Shown here: piece by piece, positions 1-12,300 of the stretch
How positions within the stretch are numbered: position 1 is the first letter of the stretch
How the letters are laid out: the number at the start of each line of letters is the position of its first letter
Origin: Eledone cirrhosa
Lineage: Eukaryota
Direction of reading: 5' to 3'
Assembly (NCBI GenBank): GCA_964016885.1
Contig: OZ024741.1
Coordinates: 281,108,001-281,172,000 of the forward strand
DNA: 64,000 nucleotides
The notes under the pieces: model-generated
What the model saw: only the letters and a program-made list of their open reading frames with translations
What the model was told of the DNA's origin: nothing
Databases searched by the model: none
Position numbers and translations under genes: made by a program

Positions 1-128
1 ATGGCCCTCTTGAGAATCTTCCAAGTTAGGTTATAGTCAATATTCTTCTTTTTACAATTATTAACTGCTTTTGCTAAAGAAGTGGTATTAGCTAATTTTG
101 TATTTCGGAAACTGTTGGTGTGTGCATA
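1..128 (-). mobile_element. PLE fragment (GIY-YIG endonuclease C-terminal part), 5'-truncated at a TA tract and running off the window edge
   Basis: Minus-strand translation YAHTNSFRNTKLANTTSLAKAVNNCKKKNIDYNLTWKILKRA closely matches HKHSFKNAALANTTSLAEKINSYKNKNIKYDLTWSVLKRA of the 820-aa PLE ORF. Confidence 0.8.
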
Positions 129-158
129 AATATATATATATATATAGGAAAAAGTATG

Positions 159-254
159 ACCCCGACGGCAGAGCTCAAGCCGTTTCGACGGCTATTTCTT
201 GACTAAATTAGAATTTTTAGCCTGGTAAATAAATAGCCGAACTTGTCAAGGGGT
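159..254 (-). ncRNA. Type-I hammerhead ribozyme, U3-A8 covariant core, in a PLE pseudo-LTR-like segment (146-579)
   Basis: Minus strand: stem I acccc/ggggt; core TTGACAA; stem II cggctatt/aatagccg with a long loop; GAAA; stem III cggc/gccg; GTC cleavage triplet. Confidence 0.7.
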
Positions 255-579
255 ACTTCCTTATATGGGAAGATTGTAGTTGTCAAGAGGATTGGTCAAA
301 ATTTGTTGTAAACACAAATAAGTCTGTCATGGCATTTGGTGGGAGGTAGGGGTAGCTGAACTTGCCTGTAGAACAATGAGGGAGTGAGTGGAGCCGGTCA
401 AGCGTTGAAAGTGAAATCTATACAGCAGATTCTAAGGATAGTGTATGAAAAGTCGAAAAATTGTTCTGGAGAAAATGGAGGAGGGAAGTAATAGAATAGG
501 TAAGTCAAATGAGAGTAGGAGACAATAAAAAATAATAGAAAGAAATATAAAGAAAATATATAAAATTAGATAGTGAGAA

Positions 580-1300
580 ATGAATAAAAAAAACACCAAC
601 AATATATTATGGTTCGCTCCTCCTTTCTCATTAAGTATTAAAACTCTTATTGCTAAATTATTCTTTAAAGCTCTAGATAAATGCTTCCCTAGAACACATA
701 GGTATTACTCAATATTTAATAGACATACTATAAAATTAACGTATTCAACCACCAGTAATTTAGCGCAGAATAGTAATAGAATTAATAATAGAAACTTAAA
801 ACCTAACCAGAATACCATTAATAACCCCAGCAATATCCAACTGAATAATACGGCTCATAGAAACTTAAATTTAGATAAATGTAACTGTAGAAATAAATCT
901 AACTGTCCGTTAAATAACAATTGTTTAGTTAAAAATATAGTATATAATTGTAATGTAAAAACTAATTTAAATTCATTTAATTAAGTAGGCTCTACCGCCA
1001 CAGATTTTAAGTCCCGTTTTAATAACCATAAATGCTCTTTTACGAATATAAATAAAAAAATCTTCAACTTCTCTATCTAATTTATTATGGGACCTAAAAT
1101 CAAAGAACACTAACTATTCTTTTCTTTGGAATATTATCTCCAAAGCTCCTCCATTCAATGCTTCTTCTGAAAATTGTGCTCTTTGTATAGAGGAAATATT
1201 CTTTATATTAAAAAGTAAGAATTCTGTTAATTTAAGGAATAATCTTTTCAGTTCTTGCAAACATAGATTGAACTCAACGTTTAAATATATATATATAAAA
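580..1300 (+). pseudogene. Degenerate PLE 3' ORF fragment (linker + GIY-YIG)
   Basis: ILWFAPPFS...CNCRNKSNCPLNNNCLVKNIVYNC, then a stop where Y of Y(V)G is expected and frameshifted remnants; homologous to the 820-aa ORF C-terminus. Confidence 0.85.
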
Positions 1301-1600
1301 TGTAATACATAATTCATCTTTATTAAACCTATCGATAATTCATTAGATTCCTTCATATGACTGCTTATAACTCTCTTAAAAGAAAAAAATTTTCTTGAAA
1401 ACTTTTCTTGATAAATGTACTAAAAGATTTGAAGAAGGATTTTTTTGAAAATTCCTACGATGGGTATAAGGAAATTATAATTCATAATTCATATTTTATT
1501 TTCTATATTCTTATATTTTTTAAAATTATAATTCATATTTTATATTGTATATTTTATATTTATGTATTTTTCAAATGCTTAATATATATATGTATATATA

Positions 1601-3539
1601 TAAAATAAAATGAAATAAATAAGTCAAATGTTTAAAATTTGGCTTCGTTTATTACTGCTATATATATTTCGGTGACAGCCATCTTTGGCTGTGACCTCTT
1701 CAGGCAGTCCGAATTAGTGTGGTAGAGACGAGTACACATGTTGTTGAGGTGTATAACTTTGTCAATACTCTGACGGGGGTGTATTTTGTTAGAGATGCCT
1801 ACTGACTGTAGTAGGTTTTACTTTGTATTTAGGTAAGGCGGGTCTTCTCTATTACTGAGTACCGCCAAAGGTCTCGGTCCAGTGACATTGTCTTGGACAG
1901 GTGTAAGTGTGTGAGGTTGGAATTTATCAGCTCGTCCCAGGTTTTTCTAGGTCTGCCTACTCCGTGGCTACTGTCTATCTTTATTGCCCTGCACTTTGTT
2001 ATACAGCTGTCATCTTTCATGCCGCATCACGTGACCATACCAACGTAGCCTTCTCTCGAGTAAACAACATCTGATCCCTCTTATTTCTAATTTTTTCCTT
2101 AGTTCGTTTATGCTTTGCCGTTCACGTATATTACTATTACACATCCAGCGGAGCATGCAAGCTTCGTTCCTCTCTAGTCTGCGTATATCCTCTGCACACA
2201 ATGCCCAGGTCTCACTGCCATGCAACATTGCTGTTCGTATGCAGGCATCATACAACCTGCCTTTCATTTTTAGGGAGAACCCTTTAGCGGCTAATAGTGG
2301 TATAAGCTCTCTGAACTTTTTCCATCCAGTTCTGACTCTAGCTACTGTACTTTCAGAGCACCCTCCCCCACTGCTAATTTTGTCACCCAGGTAACGGAAG
2401 CTGTCCACTATTTCTATAGAACCCTCTGCGCAATTGAAAGAGCTAGTATTTTGTGGGCACTTGCTGCTACTTATTGCACCAGAGCACCGGCCACATGTAA
2501 AATCTATGTTCTTAGTTAGCTTACCTGTGATCCCACTACATCTTTTATGCACCCATACTTTGGGACATAAAATGGAGTTTCTACCTATACCTTTCCTACA
2601 CACTGAGCATGGCCACTTCCCGGAAGGGACCGCAGGTCTTATTTTCTTTCTTACAAACTAGAACTTTAGTCTTAGCCAGGTTAATTTTAAGGCCTTTTGA
2701 TTCTAGGCTGTGCTTCCATGTTTGGAATTTCTTCTCTAGCTCGGCCATTGATTCAGCTATGAGCGTTAGATAATCTGCGTATAGGAGTTCCCATGGGCAG
2801 CCGGTCTTGAACTCCTCTGTTATAGCCTGAAGGGCAATAATAAATAGTAGGGGGCTAAGAACAGAGCCCTGATGGACACCAACTTTTACGCTAAACTCTT
2901 CACTATATTCGTTGTTAATTCTAACCTTGCTGACTGTTTCTTTATACATGGCTTGTATAGCTCTCACAAGCCATTCGTCAACACCTAGTTTTCTAAGAGC
3001 CCACCAGATAATGGAACGGGGGACTCTGTCGAAGGCTTTCTCCAAGTCGACAAAAGCTAAGTATAGGGGTTTACTTTTAGCTAGGTACTTCTCCTGTAGT
3101 TGTCGTACTATGAAAAGAACGTCTGTGGTACTTTTACCTGACACAAACCCGAACTGCATTTCATCTAGATCAATTCTCTCTTAGTTGCGCTATTACTTTT
3201 TCCATGACCTTCATGACCTGGTCGATTAATTTAATGCCTCTATAGTTACTCCTATCTAGGGCATCTCCTTTACCCTTATAACAGTTAATGATGATGCTGC
3301 TACGCCAGTCCTTCGGAACAACCCCATTCTGTACGACTTGGTTTACTATCCGGGTGACCATGGTGTGTCCCACCGTTCCAGATGCCTTCAGCATCTCAGC
3401 AACTATTTCCGAAGGCCCAGCTGCCTTACCCGTCTTCATATCTTTGATTGCCTTACTTATTATACTACCCTCGACTAACACTGCTGGTCCCTCTATTGGG
3501 TTGATGTGGGGGAGACTGTCTTTCTCCCATTTATTCTCC
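1601..3539 (-). mobile_element. 5'-truncated, frameshifted RTE-clade LINE RT with an HHR-containing 3' end, inserted in (TA)n
   Basis: ORF pieces 3170-3481, 2596-3159 ([25 protein letters not shown]), 2010-2603 and 1829-2020 are collinear with the 690-aa RTE ORF. Candidate 16-bp TSD tatatatgtatatata at 1585-1600 and 3540-3555. Confidence 0.85.
1654..1708 (-). ncRNA. Minimal type-I hammerhead ribozyme
   Basis: Minus strand: actgc-CTGAAGA-ggtcacagcc-aaagat-ggctgtcacc-GAAA-tatata-TA-gcagt; palindromic stem III; AATAAA immediately downstream. Confidence 0.8.
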
Positions 3540-3583
3540 TATATATGTATATATACATATGTATATATATATATATATATATG

Positions 3584-3634
<51 letters not shown>

Positions 3635-3637
3635 GTA

Positions 3638-6067
3638 TCATCATCATCATCATCATCACCGTTTTACGTCCGTTCTTCCACGCTAGCATGGGTTAGACGG
3701 GTTGTCCTGTTGTGGGCAGTGTCTGGTCGGCTGACCATGCCTTGCTCATACAGGAACTGATCTGGCTTGATTTCTACAGCTGGATGCCCTTCCTAACACC
3801 AACCTCATTTACAGTGAGTGCTGGGTGCTTTTTCGTGGCGCCTACACGTCCACTTTACAGTGTGGGCTGGGTGCTTTTTTGCCGTGGCACCTCCACGACC
3901 ACCTTGCGGTGGGGGGGGGGGGGGGCATATTGTTTATATGCTTCAGCATGTACCCATGGGAGGTCGGGTACCCTGTATTACTGCGTGACGCCAGAAGTCA
4001 CGGTCGTGTGTCATTGACTTTGAGAGGTGTAGTTGGGTAAGGTCGGCTTTTATCACCTCATCCCAAGTCATCTTGGGTCTCCCCACTCCGCGGTTTCCAT
4101 CAACTTCTAGTGCTCTGCACCTTTTTATGCAGCTGTCATCCTTCATACGCATCACATGTCCATACCAGCGTAACCGCCTCTCCTGCACGCAGCATTTGAT
4201 TCCTCTTATGCTCAGTCTCTCTCTCAATTCATTTATGCTTTGTCGTTCACGTATATTACTGTTACACATCCATCGGAGCATGCAGGCTTCGTTTCTCTCT
4301 AATCTACGTAAGTCTTCCACCTTCAGCGCCCAGGTCTCACTACCATGCAACATCGCTGTTCGGATACACGCATCATACAGTCTGCCTTTCATTCTGAGGG
4401 AGAAGCCTTTTGCAGCTAGCAGTGGTAGTAGTTCCCTAAACTTCTTCCATCCCGTTCTTACCCTAGTTATTGTACTTTCTGAGCACCCACCTCCGTTGCT
4501 AATTCGGTCACCTAGGTAGCAGAAGCTGTCTACTGTTTCTACAGGGCCCTCCCAGAGATTGGTGGTACTTGTTTCCTGTGGCTGTTTGCTTGCTGTTTCA
4601 GCACAGCTGCTGCATGTGAATCCTACATTCTTAATTAAGCTTCCTGAGATCCCGCTACATCTCTTGTGTACCCATTGTTTGCATTTGGGGCAAAGAATGG
4701 AGTTCCTACCTACACCTTTCCTACATACTGAGCAAGGCCATTTCCCTGAGGGGATCTGGGTTCTGTTTTCTCGTCTACTTATAAGGACCTTAGTCTTTGT
4801 CATGTTGACTTTGAGGCCCTTTCTCTCTAGTCCCTGCTTCCAGGTTTGGAATTTATTCTCTAGTTCTACCATAGATTCAGCTATGAGTGCGAGGTCATCA
4901 GCATACAGGAGTTCCCATGGGCATCCGGTCTTAAACTCCTCCGTTATTGCCTGCAGGACTATGATGAACAGGAGAGGGCTAAGAACAGAGCCCTGGTGGA
5001 CCCCAACCTGTACGCTAAATTCCTCGCTATACTCATTGCCAATCCTAACTTTGCTGACTGCTCCCCTATACATGGCTTGTACCGCTTTCACAAGCCATTC
5101 ATCTACTCCTAGTTTTCTAAGAGCCCACCAGATTACTGCACGTGGAACTCTGTCAAAGGCTTTCTCAAGGTCGACAAATGCCAAGTAGAGTGGCTTACTT
5201 TTAGCTAGGTACTTTTCCTGTAATTGCCTCACAAGGAAGAGCGCATCAGTGGTGCCTTTCCCTGGAACAAACCCAAATTGCATCTCGTCTATATTCACCC
5301 GGTCCCTAATCAGCTGTGCTATAACTCTTTCTGTTACTTTCATGACCTGGTCCATCAACTTTATACCTCTATAGTTTCCTCTATCTAGTGCATCGCCTTT
5401 ACCTTTGTAGCAGTTGACAATGATGCTACTGCACCAATCTTTTGGTATGGCCCCCTCTAGTATTACCTGGTTAACGATACGTGTGGTTATAGTGTGACCT
5501 ACAGACCCAGATGCCTTCAGCATCTCGGCAGCTATACCCGATGGACCGGTTGCCTTCCCTATCTTCATATCTCTGATTGCCTTACTTACTACGCTGCCGC
5601 TGACTTGTACTGCTGGTCCCTCTATAGGGTCTACGTGGGGTAGGGTCTCTTCTTCCCATGCATTCTCCTCATTTAGTAATCTATCATAATGACTCTTCCA
5701 TGCATCTTTCTTCTCAGCACTTGTGAGGGCAAGCTCACCTTTATCATTCCGGATACACTTCTCTCCAATGACATCACAACTATCTCTGACACACTGCCTC
5801 GCAATCTTGAATACCTCCTGTTTCTGGTCCTCACGTTGTAAAACATGCTTGAATTTTCTATCCTCTGCTTCCCTCCTAGCTAAGTATACTTGTCGCCTAG
5901 CTTCCCTCTTGGTCTCTATGTAATGTACCCTGCTCCCCCCGTTCTTCCATTCTTTCCATGCCTGTCTCTTGGCCTTGACTGCTTCATCTACCTTATTGTT
6001 CCACCACCAAGTCACTCTCCTCCTGCTTGAGGTCTTACTCCAGCCACAAACCTCATCCGTCGCCTCG
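3638..6067 (-). mobile_element. 5'-truncated RTE-clade LINE with SINE-shared 3' segment and (GAT)n tail
   Basis: Long RT ORF, poly-C, then aggaagggcatccagctgtagaa...ccgtctaacccatgctagc...(gat)n. The same tail recurs at about 60.2, 62.1 and 63.9 kb. Flanked by TA tracts. Confidence 0.85.
3943..6015 (-). CDS. RTE-type reverse transcriptase (N-terminally truncated, no APE domain in window) with PHD-like Zn finger
   Basis: 690-aa ORF: [69 protein letters not shown]. Confidence 0.9.
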   Translation of the reverse strand: MTWWWNNKVDEAVKAKRQAWKEWKNGGSRVHYIETKREARRQVYLARREAEDRKFKHVLQREDQKQEVFKIARQCVRDSCDVIGEKCIRNDKGELALTSAEKKDAWKSHYDRLLNEENAWEEETLPHVDPIEGPAVQVSGSVVSKAIRDMKIGKATGPSGIAAEMLKASGSVGHTITTRIVNQVILEGAIPKDWCSSIIVNCYKGKGDALDRGNYRGIKLMDQVMKVTERVIAQLIRDRVNIDEMQFGFVPGKGTTDALFLVRQLQEKYLAKSKPLYLAFVDLEKAFDRVPRAVIWWALRKLGVDEWLVKAVQAMYRGAVSKVRIGNEYSEEFSVQVGVHQGSVLSPLLFIIVLQAITEEFKTGCPWELLYADDLALIAESMVELENKFQTWKQGLERKGLKVNMTKTKVLISRRENRTQIPSGKWPCSVCRKGVGRNSILCPKCKQWVHKRCSGISGSLIKNVGFTCSSCAETASKQPQETSTTNLWEGPVETVDSFCYLGDRISNGGGCSESTITRVRTGWKKFRELLPLLAAKGFSLRMKGRLYDACIRTAMLHGSETWALKVEDLRRLERNEACMLRWMCNSNIRERQSINELRERLSIRGIKCCVQERRLRWYGHVMRMKDDSCIKRCRALEVDGNRGVGRPKMTWDEVIKADLTQLHLSKSMTHDRDFWRHAVIQGTRPPMGTC

Positions 6068-6096
6068 TATATATATATCGTGTATATATATATTTT

Positions 6097-6127
<31 letters not shown>

Positions 6128-6200
6128 GTATATATATATGTATATATATATATATGTATATATATATGTATATATATACATATGTATATATATATGTATG

Positions 6201-6231
<31 letters not shown>

Positions 6232-6239
6232 ATATATAT

Positions 6240-6835
6240 GTTGGTGCTACTGGTAACATGTATTCCAGTACAACCTGTCCCATGGTCGGGTTGTTGGCGA
6301 CTAAACTGGCAACCCCACCAAGGTTTCTTGGTGAGGAGGGTGACTTTGGACATCCTGCAGGACTAAAAACAAAACCTGTCAAAGGGCAAAGGAGCTCTTA
6401 AGAGTCAATGGCCATCTAAAATCACCGGGAGAGATGACCCCTTAGCCTTTGTCAAGGCAGAATTCTAGAAGAAGGAAAACTCTGATATAACACCTGCAAC
6501 CCTGATGGTATCCAATGATGTTGACTTATTCTTCTTTTTGGTAAATATCATCTTGGTTAAGAGAGTGGGACTGGCTTTGTGCAGTGCCTTTGCTCACTAT
6601 AAAAGCTTCATGGCACAGGCATTGCTTTATATCTGGAGATCTCTCTGCACTTGTCGTCACATGGTGCCATGGGCCCAGCACTATGTGTCAATAATTGTCA
6701 CAAGTGTAGTGTTTGTACCAGAGTTTTCAAGTCGCTGGCTGGACTAAAAAGTCACACTTGTTTAGCGCATCGGTAGGGGTTCTCCTACATGGATATAAAG
6801 TAGTGGCTGTACTCGAAAACGAGTTGGCAGCCACC
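6240..6835. other. Non-coding unique island between TA arrays, possibly a LINE 5' UTR relic
   Basis: No credible ORF; GC-richer than flanks; terminal hairpin gtggctg-tactcgaaaacgagttgg-cagccac. Identity is a guess. Confidence 0.25.
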
Positions 6836-6910
6836 ATATATATATGAATATGTATGTATATATATATATATACGTATGTATATATATATGTATATATATA
6901 TGTATATATG

Positions 6911-6943
<33 letters not shown>

Positions 6944-7173
6944 GTGTATGTATATATATATGTATATATATATGTATATGTATGTATATATATATATGTA
7001 TATATATATATGTATATATATATGTATGTATATATATATATATATGTATATATATATGTATATATATATATGTATATATATATATGTATATATATATATG
7101 TATATATATATATGTATATATATATATGTATATATATATGTATATATATATGTATATATATATGTATATGTAT

Positions 7174-7209
<36 letters not shown>

Positions 7210-7294
7210 GACGTTGATTTTCGTTAATTCCTGAGCTGAAAACAATTCTCGCTAATTTATATTTGTATATATATATATATATATATATATATAA

Positions 7295-7486
7295 CGAAGG
7301 AAATGTGGTAAGGAACCAGGTGGACCATAACGCACCAAAGTACTCAATACTTAGGGTAGTAGAGTGGGTAATAGGAACAAGTAAGACCCCGACGGCTGAG
7401 CTCAAGCCGTTTCGACGGCTAATTCACCGTCGACTTAGCCATCGAAACGGCTTGAGCTCAGCCGTCGGGGTCTTACTTGTTCCTAT
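7295..7486. mobile_element. Short PLE pseudo-LTR remnant with ~52-bp inverted arms (fold-back), containing the stem III half of an HHR
   Basis: 7371-7422 is the near-perfect reverse complement of 7435-7486 and shares gaccccgacggc-gagctcaagccgtttcgacggcta with 158-195; flanked by (TA)n. Confidence 0.7.
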
Positions 7487-7513
7487 ATATATATATATGT
7501 ATATATGTATATG

Positions 7514-7571
<58 letters not shown>

Positions 7572-7645
7572 ATAAAAAGTATATATATATATATATTTAT
7601 ATATATCTATATGTATATGTATATGTATATATATATATGTATATG

Positions 7646-7700
<55 letters not shown>

Positions 7701-7982
7701 ATATATATATATATGTATGTATATATATATATATGTATATATATATATAAAAGACGAAAAATGTCTTTATCCCATTGCAGAAACTAATTAGTTGGAGTGA
7801 AAATTTAAGTAAGTAAGTTAATTTTTTTAAAAAATTTTTTTAAAAAATTTTCTTATTTTACGTCTTTTATATTATTGTTCTGCATTCTCCTGCATCGAAC
7901 CACCTAGGTACTATGACATAACCTGTGTATTTGCTGGCATTGGCGTACATCTGTGCGCTTATGTTAGAAGATATATTAAATT

Positions 7983-8393
7983 ATGTATATATATATATGT
8001 ATATGTATATATATGTATATGTATATATATATATATGTATATGTATATGTATATATATATATGTATATGTATGTATATATATATATGTATATGTATGTAT
8101 ATATATATATATGTATATATATGTATATGTATGTATATATATATATATGTATATGTATATGTATATATATATATATGTATATATATGTATATGTATGTAT
8201 ATATGTATATGTATGTATATATATATATGTATATGTATATATGTATATGTATATATGTATGTATATGTATATATGTATATGTATGTATATATATATGTAT
8301 ATATATGTATATGTATATATATATATATGTATATATATATGTATATATATATGTATATGTATATATATATGTATATGTATATATATAAATATG

Positions 8394-8444
<51 letters not shown>

Positions 8445-8792
8445 GTATATATATAAGTATATGTATGTATATATATATATGTATGTATATATATATATGT
8501 ATGTATATATATATGTATATATATGTATATGTATGTATATATATATATATGTATATATATATGTATATGTATGTATATATATATAAATGTATATATATAT
8601 GTATATGTATGTATATATATATATGTATATATATATGTATATGCATGTATATATATATATGTGTATATGCATGTATATATATATATGTATATATATATGT
8701 ATGTATATATATATATGTATGTATATATATATATGTATATGTATATGTAGTTATATATGTATGTATATATATATATGTATATGTATATGTAG

Positions 8793-8860
<68 letters not shown>
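7983..8860. repeat. Imperfect (TA)n/(TATG) microsatellite array
   Basis: Directly visible; similar arrays at 3541-3637, 6068-6239, 6836-7206 and 7487-7748. Confidence 0.95.
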
Positions 8861-8864
<4 letters not shown>

Positions 8865-9077
8865 CGTTTCTGAATTTGTTTAGCAAGATTCTTTATCTGA
8901 AATCGTGTGTTGAAACCGATATTGTTATACTTTGGGAGGGTCATGTTGCCAATAAGAAACACACGCACCAGTTGCTTTCACTTCAATTTAATTTATCAAA
9001 TATTTATAAATTTACAAATTTATAAATTTCTGGTTGGTTGGTTGGTTCCACAACCAGATAGTTGTTTATATATATAT

Positions 9078-9122
9078 AGTCATAGTTCTTTCGTCACACA
9101 CTCTGTGACCTCTTCAGTGACT
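9078..9122 (-). ncRNA. Minimal type-I hammerhead ribozyme in PLE pseudo-LTR
   Basis: Minus strand: agtca-CTGAAGA-g-gtcaca-gagtg-tgtgac-GAAA-gaac-TA-tgact. Confidence 0.75.
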
Positions 9123-9399
9123 GGGGATTTCTTTCTTCGTTTCTGTGCCTTTCCTTTCTTCTATCCTACGCCATTTTGTTTGTGTGTGGGTTGCGTGCTC
9201 AGTTTGCGCATGCGCCACATCCGGGTGTCTGTGTGTGTTTGTGTTCATTTTTCTATTTATATTTTTTTTTATTTGTTTGTTTATTTATTTATTTATTGTT
9301 GGTTGGTTGTTTGTTCTATGTGTGTGTGTGTTTTCATTTTGTGTGTGTTTTCAATTGTAAGTTGTTTGTTCGATGTGTGTGTGTGTTTTCATTATGTCC

Positions 9400-12300
9400 T
9401 TAATTGTAAGTTGTGATGTTGCTGTTCCACTCATATTTTCTATTTAATTTTGGTTTTAATTCTTTTATGCTTACTGCCTCTGTAATTTGCCTAAACATTG
9501 CGTCTTTCTTGTGTGTGGATTCTATTTTTATTTCTATGCTCTCTAATTTACCCCTGTGTTCTATCTTAGCATGTTGGTAGAGCACAGATGATTCTTTATT
9601 ATCTTGGAGGTCTCGCCAGTGTTCATTTATTCGTTCCCCTATACTACGAGCTGTCTCACCTATGTACACTACATTTTTGTTTCTACATTGTCCTTCAGTA
9701 CATCTTATGCTATATACTACATTTCTAGTTTTACAGTTAATATGGGGGCTTATTTTACAGGTTATACATTTCTTATCTATACATGAGGGTCTTTGGAACG
9801 GGTATGTCTTGCTAATAAGTGTTTTTACGGAGGTACCAGGTCTTTCTACTATCTTAATATTGAGGTTATGTTTCTTTAGGGCCCTTCTAAATTTGTAGGC
9901 TAGTTCGCCTCTAGGGGTTGTATTGATGAACATTACACTCTGGTATTTATTGCTATCATACCATGAGTTTATTCTATTGGCCTTGTTCTTAGTTCTTTCT
10001 ATTCTATTCCAAAATTTGCTCCTATACAAGGGGCAGGTCCCATTTATGTCATTATTTACCATTTTTTCCCATTTGGTTCTGGCTCCTTTATACACTCTGA
10101 TTCTATCTCTCTGATTGTAGCCAGAGAACTGCATACGGTGGATGAAGTGTTGTATGTGTCTCTCTAGTTCTTCGGGGTTGCACATGCGGGACACATTTCT
10201 CATCACCCGTACCAAATCCGCAATCAGTATGTTGATTTTGGTATGGTCCGAAATGGCCGAGTTTCGGTGGATCAGATGTTTGGAAGTCATGGGTTTGGCA
10301 TAATGGGAATGGAGGATTTGTTTTTGGTTGTTAATAGTATCTAACCAGAGCTCTGTGTCTAGTACAGGTAATCGATGGTTGGGGTGTCTACTTGGGTAGT
10401 CTATAGTAACTCTAATGCTCTGGTGGATGGAGTTTGCTATTTGCTGGATGCTTTCCATTGTGTTTTTCTCTAGTTCCTGACTGTTCTTTAGTGGGGGTGT
10501 CTTAACTACGATGTTTATATCATCTACGTAGCGGGAGTACATTATCAGGGTTAAGCTGTCTTCTAATTGTTCATTAAGTTTTTGTTTAAGTCTACTGTCC
10601 CACCATACCATGAATAAGTTAGCTATGTCGCCTGCAATGCTAACACCAATGGCTGCTCCTTCCTCTTGGGCATATGTTTTACCATTAAATTTGAACATAT
10701 GTTCCTTAAGGGTTAGTTTTATGCTGGCCCCTACCGCATGTGCAATCATTTTCTTCAGTTCATCATGGTTTTCGGGTGTCCGTATGGCTCTGGTCCACCC
10801 GTTCCATCTATCTGTGTGGGTTTTCTTGGCCATTGAGGTAATGGTAGGTGGTCTGCCTCTTGCTGGTCTTGTAGGGCACAGGTTGCTAAGGTCATAAGTG
10901 TCTAGGTAACTATTACTATGGGTAAGCTTAAGTAGAAGTCCCAGCTCACTGGTATCAATCCCACGGAACTCAACCTTGCTCTCGCTGATCATTTCGACGC
11001 ATTTCTCCACAGCAAAATCCACGTCAATAGATGGATACAGGGACACAACATCCATACTGCCTATTATGCAGTTTGTTAGGTCCCCAGATCGGTTACCCGC
11101 GCCGATTCTGCTGAGGAGGTCCTCCGTGCTGTCACACACATCTGGGGACATCTCAATGATGGGGCGTATGATCAGGGAGAGGAAGTAGGACAGTCTGTAG
11201 TTACTAGCAATGTTAGCCCCACAGACTGGCCGTGTTGGTGGTCCCGCGACAGGGTCCCAGCCTGTTTTATGGTCTTTACGAAGCCCATACAACGCCGGCA
11301 CGTCATTGTTCCAGGCCTGGAAGTTGTTGGCAGTCCTTTTGTTGGGCTGCATTATATTTGTCCACATCACCATATGGGCATTGAGGGTTTTTTCTCTATC
11401 CTCATGCTCCTGTGGTGTTACCTCTCTTGTGTTAGTGATGTGGGGTTGCATTGCCTGGATGTAGTTTGGCAGGCTGTCAACCGACATTCTGCCAGACTTG
11501 TCTGTTGGAAAGCATGCTATCTCTCCACTACGCGAGCGCTGCATGAGCTTACGCAAGCCATTTGCAGATTCTTCTCCCAGTTGCTGGGCCTCTATTCTAT
11601 TATGCTTCTTGCTATACTCTTCTATAATATTTCTAAGTTCGGATTTAGCTATACTAAATTGTGCCTCTGTTTGTTCATCGACCTGCGACGGCAACTGCGT
11701 GCGTTTGTTAAATGGCAAAGTCGTGGCGTGGACTCGTCGTAGGTCGAATGATTTATCGGAGGGGTTATAAAACGGAGAGTTCCAGGCTGCTGCTTTATGT
11801 GTACTAGTGCTATTGTTATTGTTAGTTGTGTTGTTTCTATTTCCACCAACAGCAGCAGCCTCAGCTTCATGGTTGTTTCTATGTCTCTCATAATTACTCC
11901 TGTCTCTTTCCACTGGCTCAATGTTGTTATCTACCCTATTTTGTGTGTCTGTGTGTTCGTCTTGGTTATTCTCTTTGTCCTTAGTCTCCCTTCTCCTTTT
12001 AATCCTATTACTTTCTCTTATTTCTCTGATTTCTGTGCTACTGTCATTACTTGTTTTCTGTGTCTGTGTGTTTGTTAAGATTGTGGTGAGAGGCATTGAA
12101 TGCGTGTGTGTTGTTGTTGTTGATGTGTGTTGTTGTTGATGTGTGTTGTTGTTGTCTCCGTGTGTGTGTGTGTTATCGTTGTTGTGTGTGTTGTTATTGT
12201 TGTTTGTGTTTGCGTGTCTGTTGTTGTTGTATCTGGGTATGTTGCTATTGTTGTTGTTGTTGATGTGTGTGTTGTTGTTATTATTGTCTCCGTGTGTGTT

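Noticed and set aside
1420-1480. Possible HHR in the 3' UTR of the first PLE fragment (ttgaagaaggattttt..aaaattcct)
   Set aside because: No GAAA after the stem and no convincing stem I; too degenerate to call.
2110-5923. Plus-strand ORFs overlapping the RTE RTs (and antisense ORFs over the PLE ORFs)
   Set aside because: Antisense shadows of coding sequence with no recognisable motifs.
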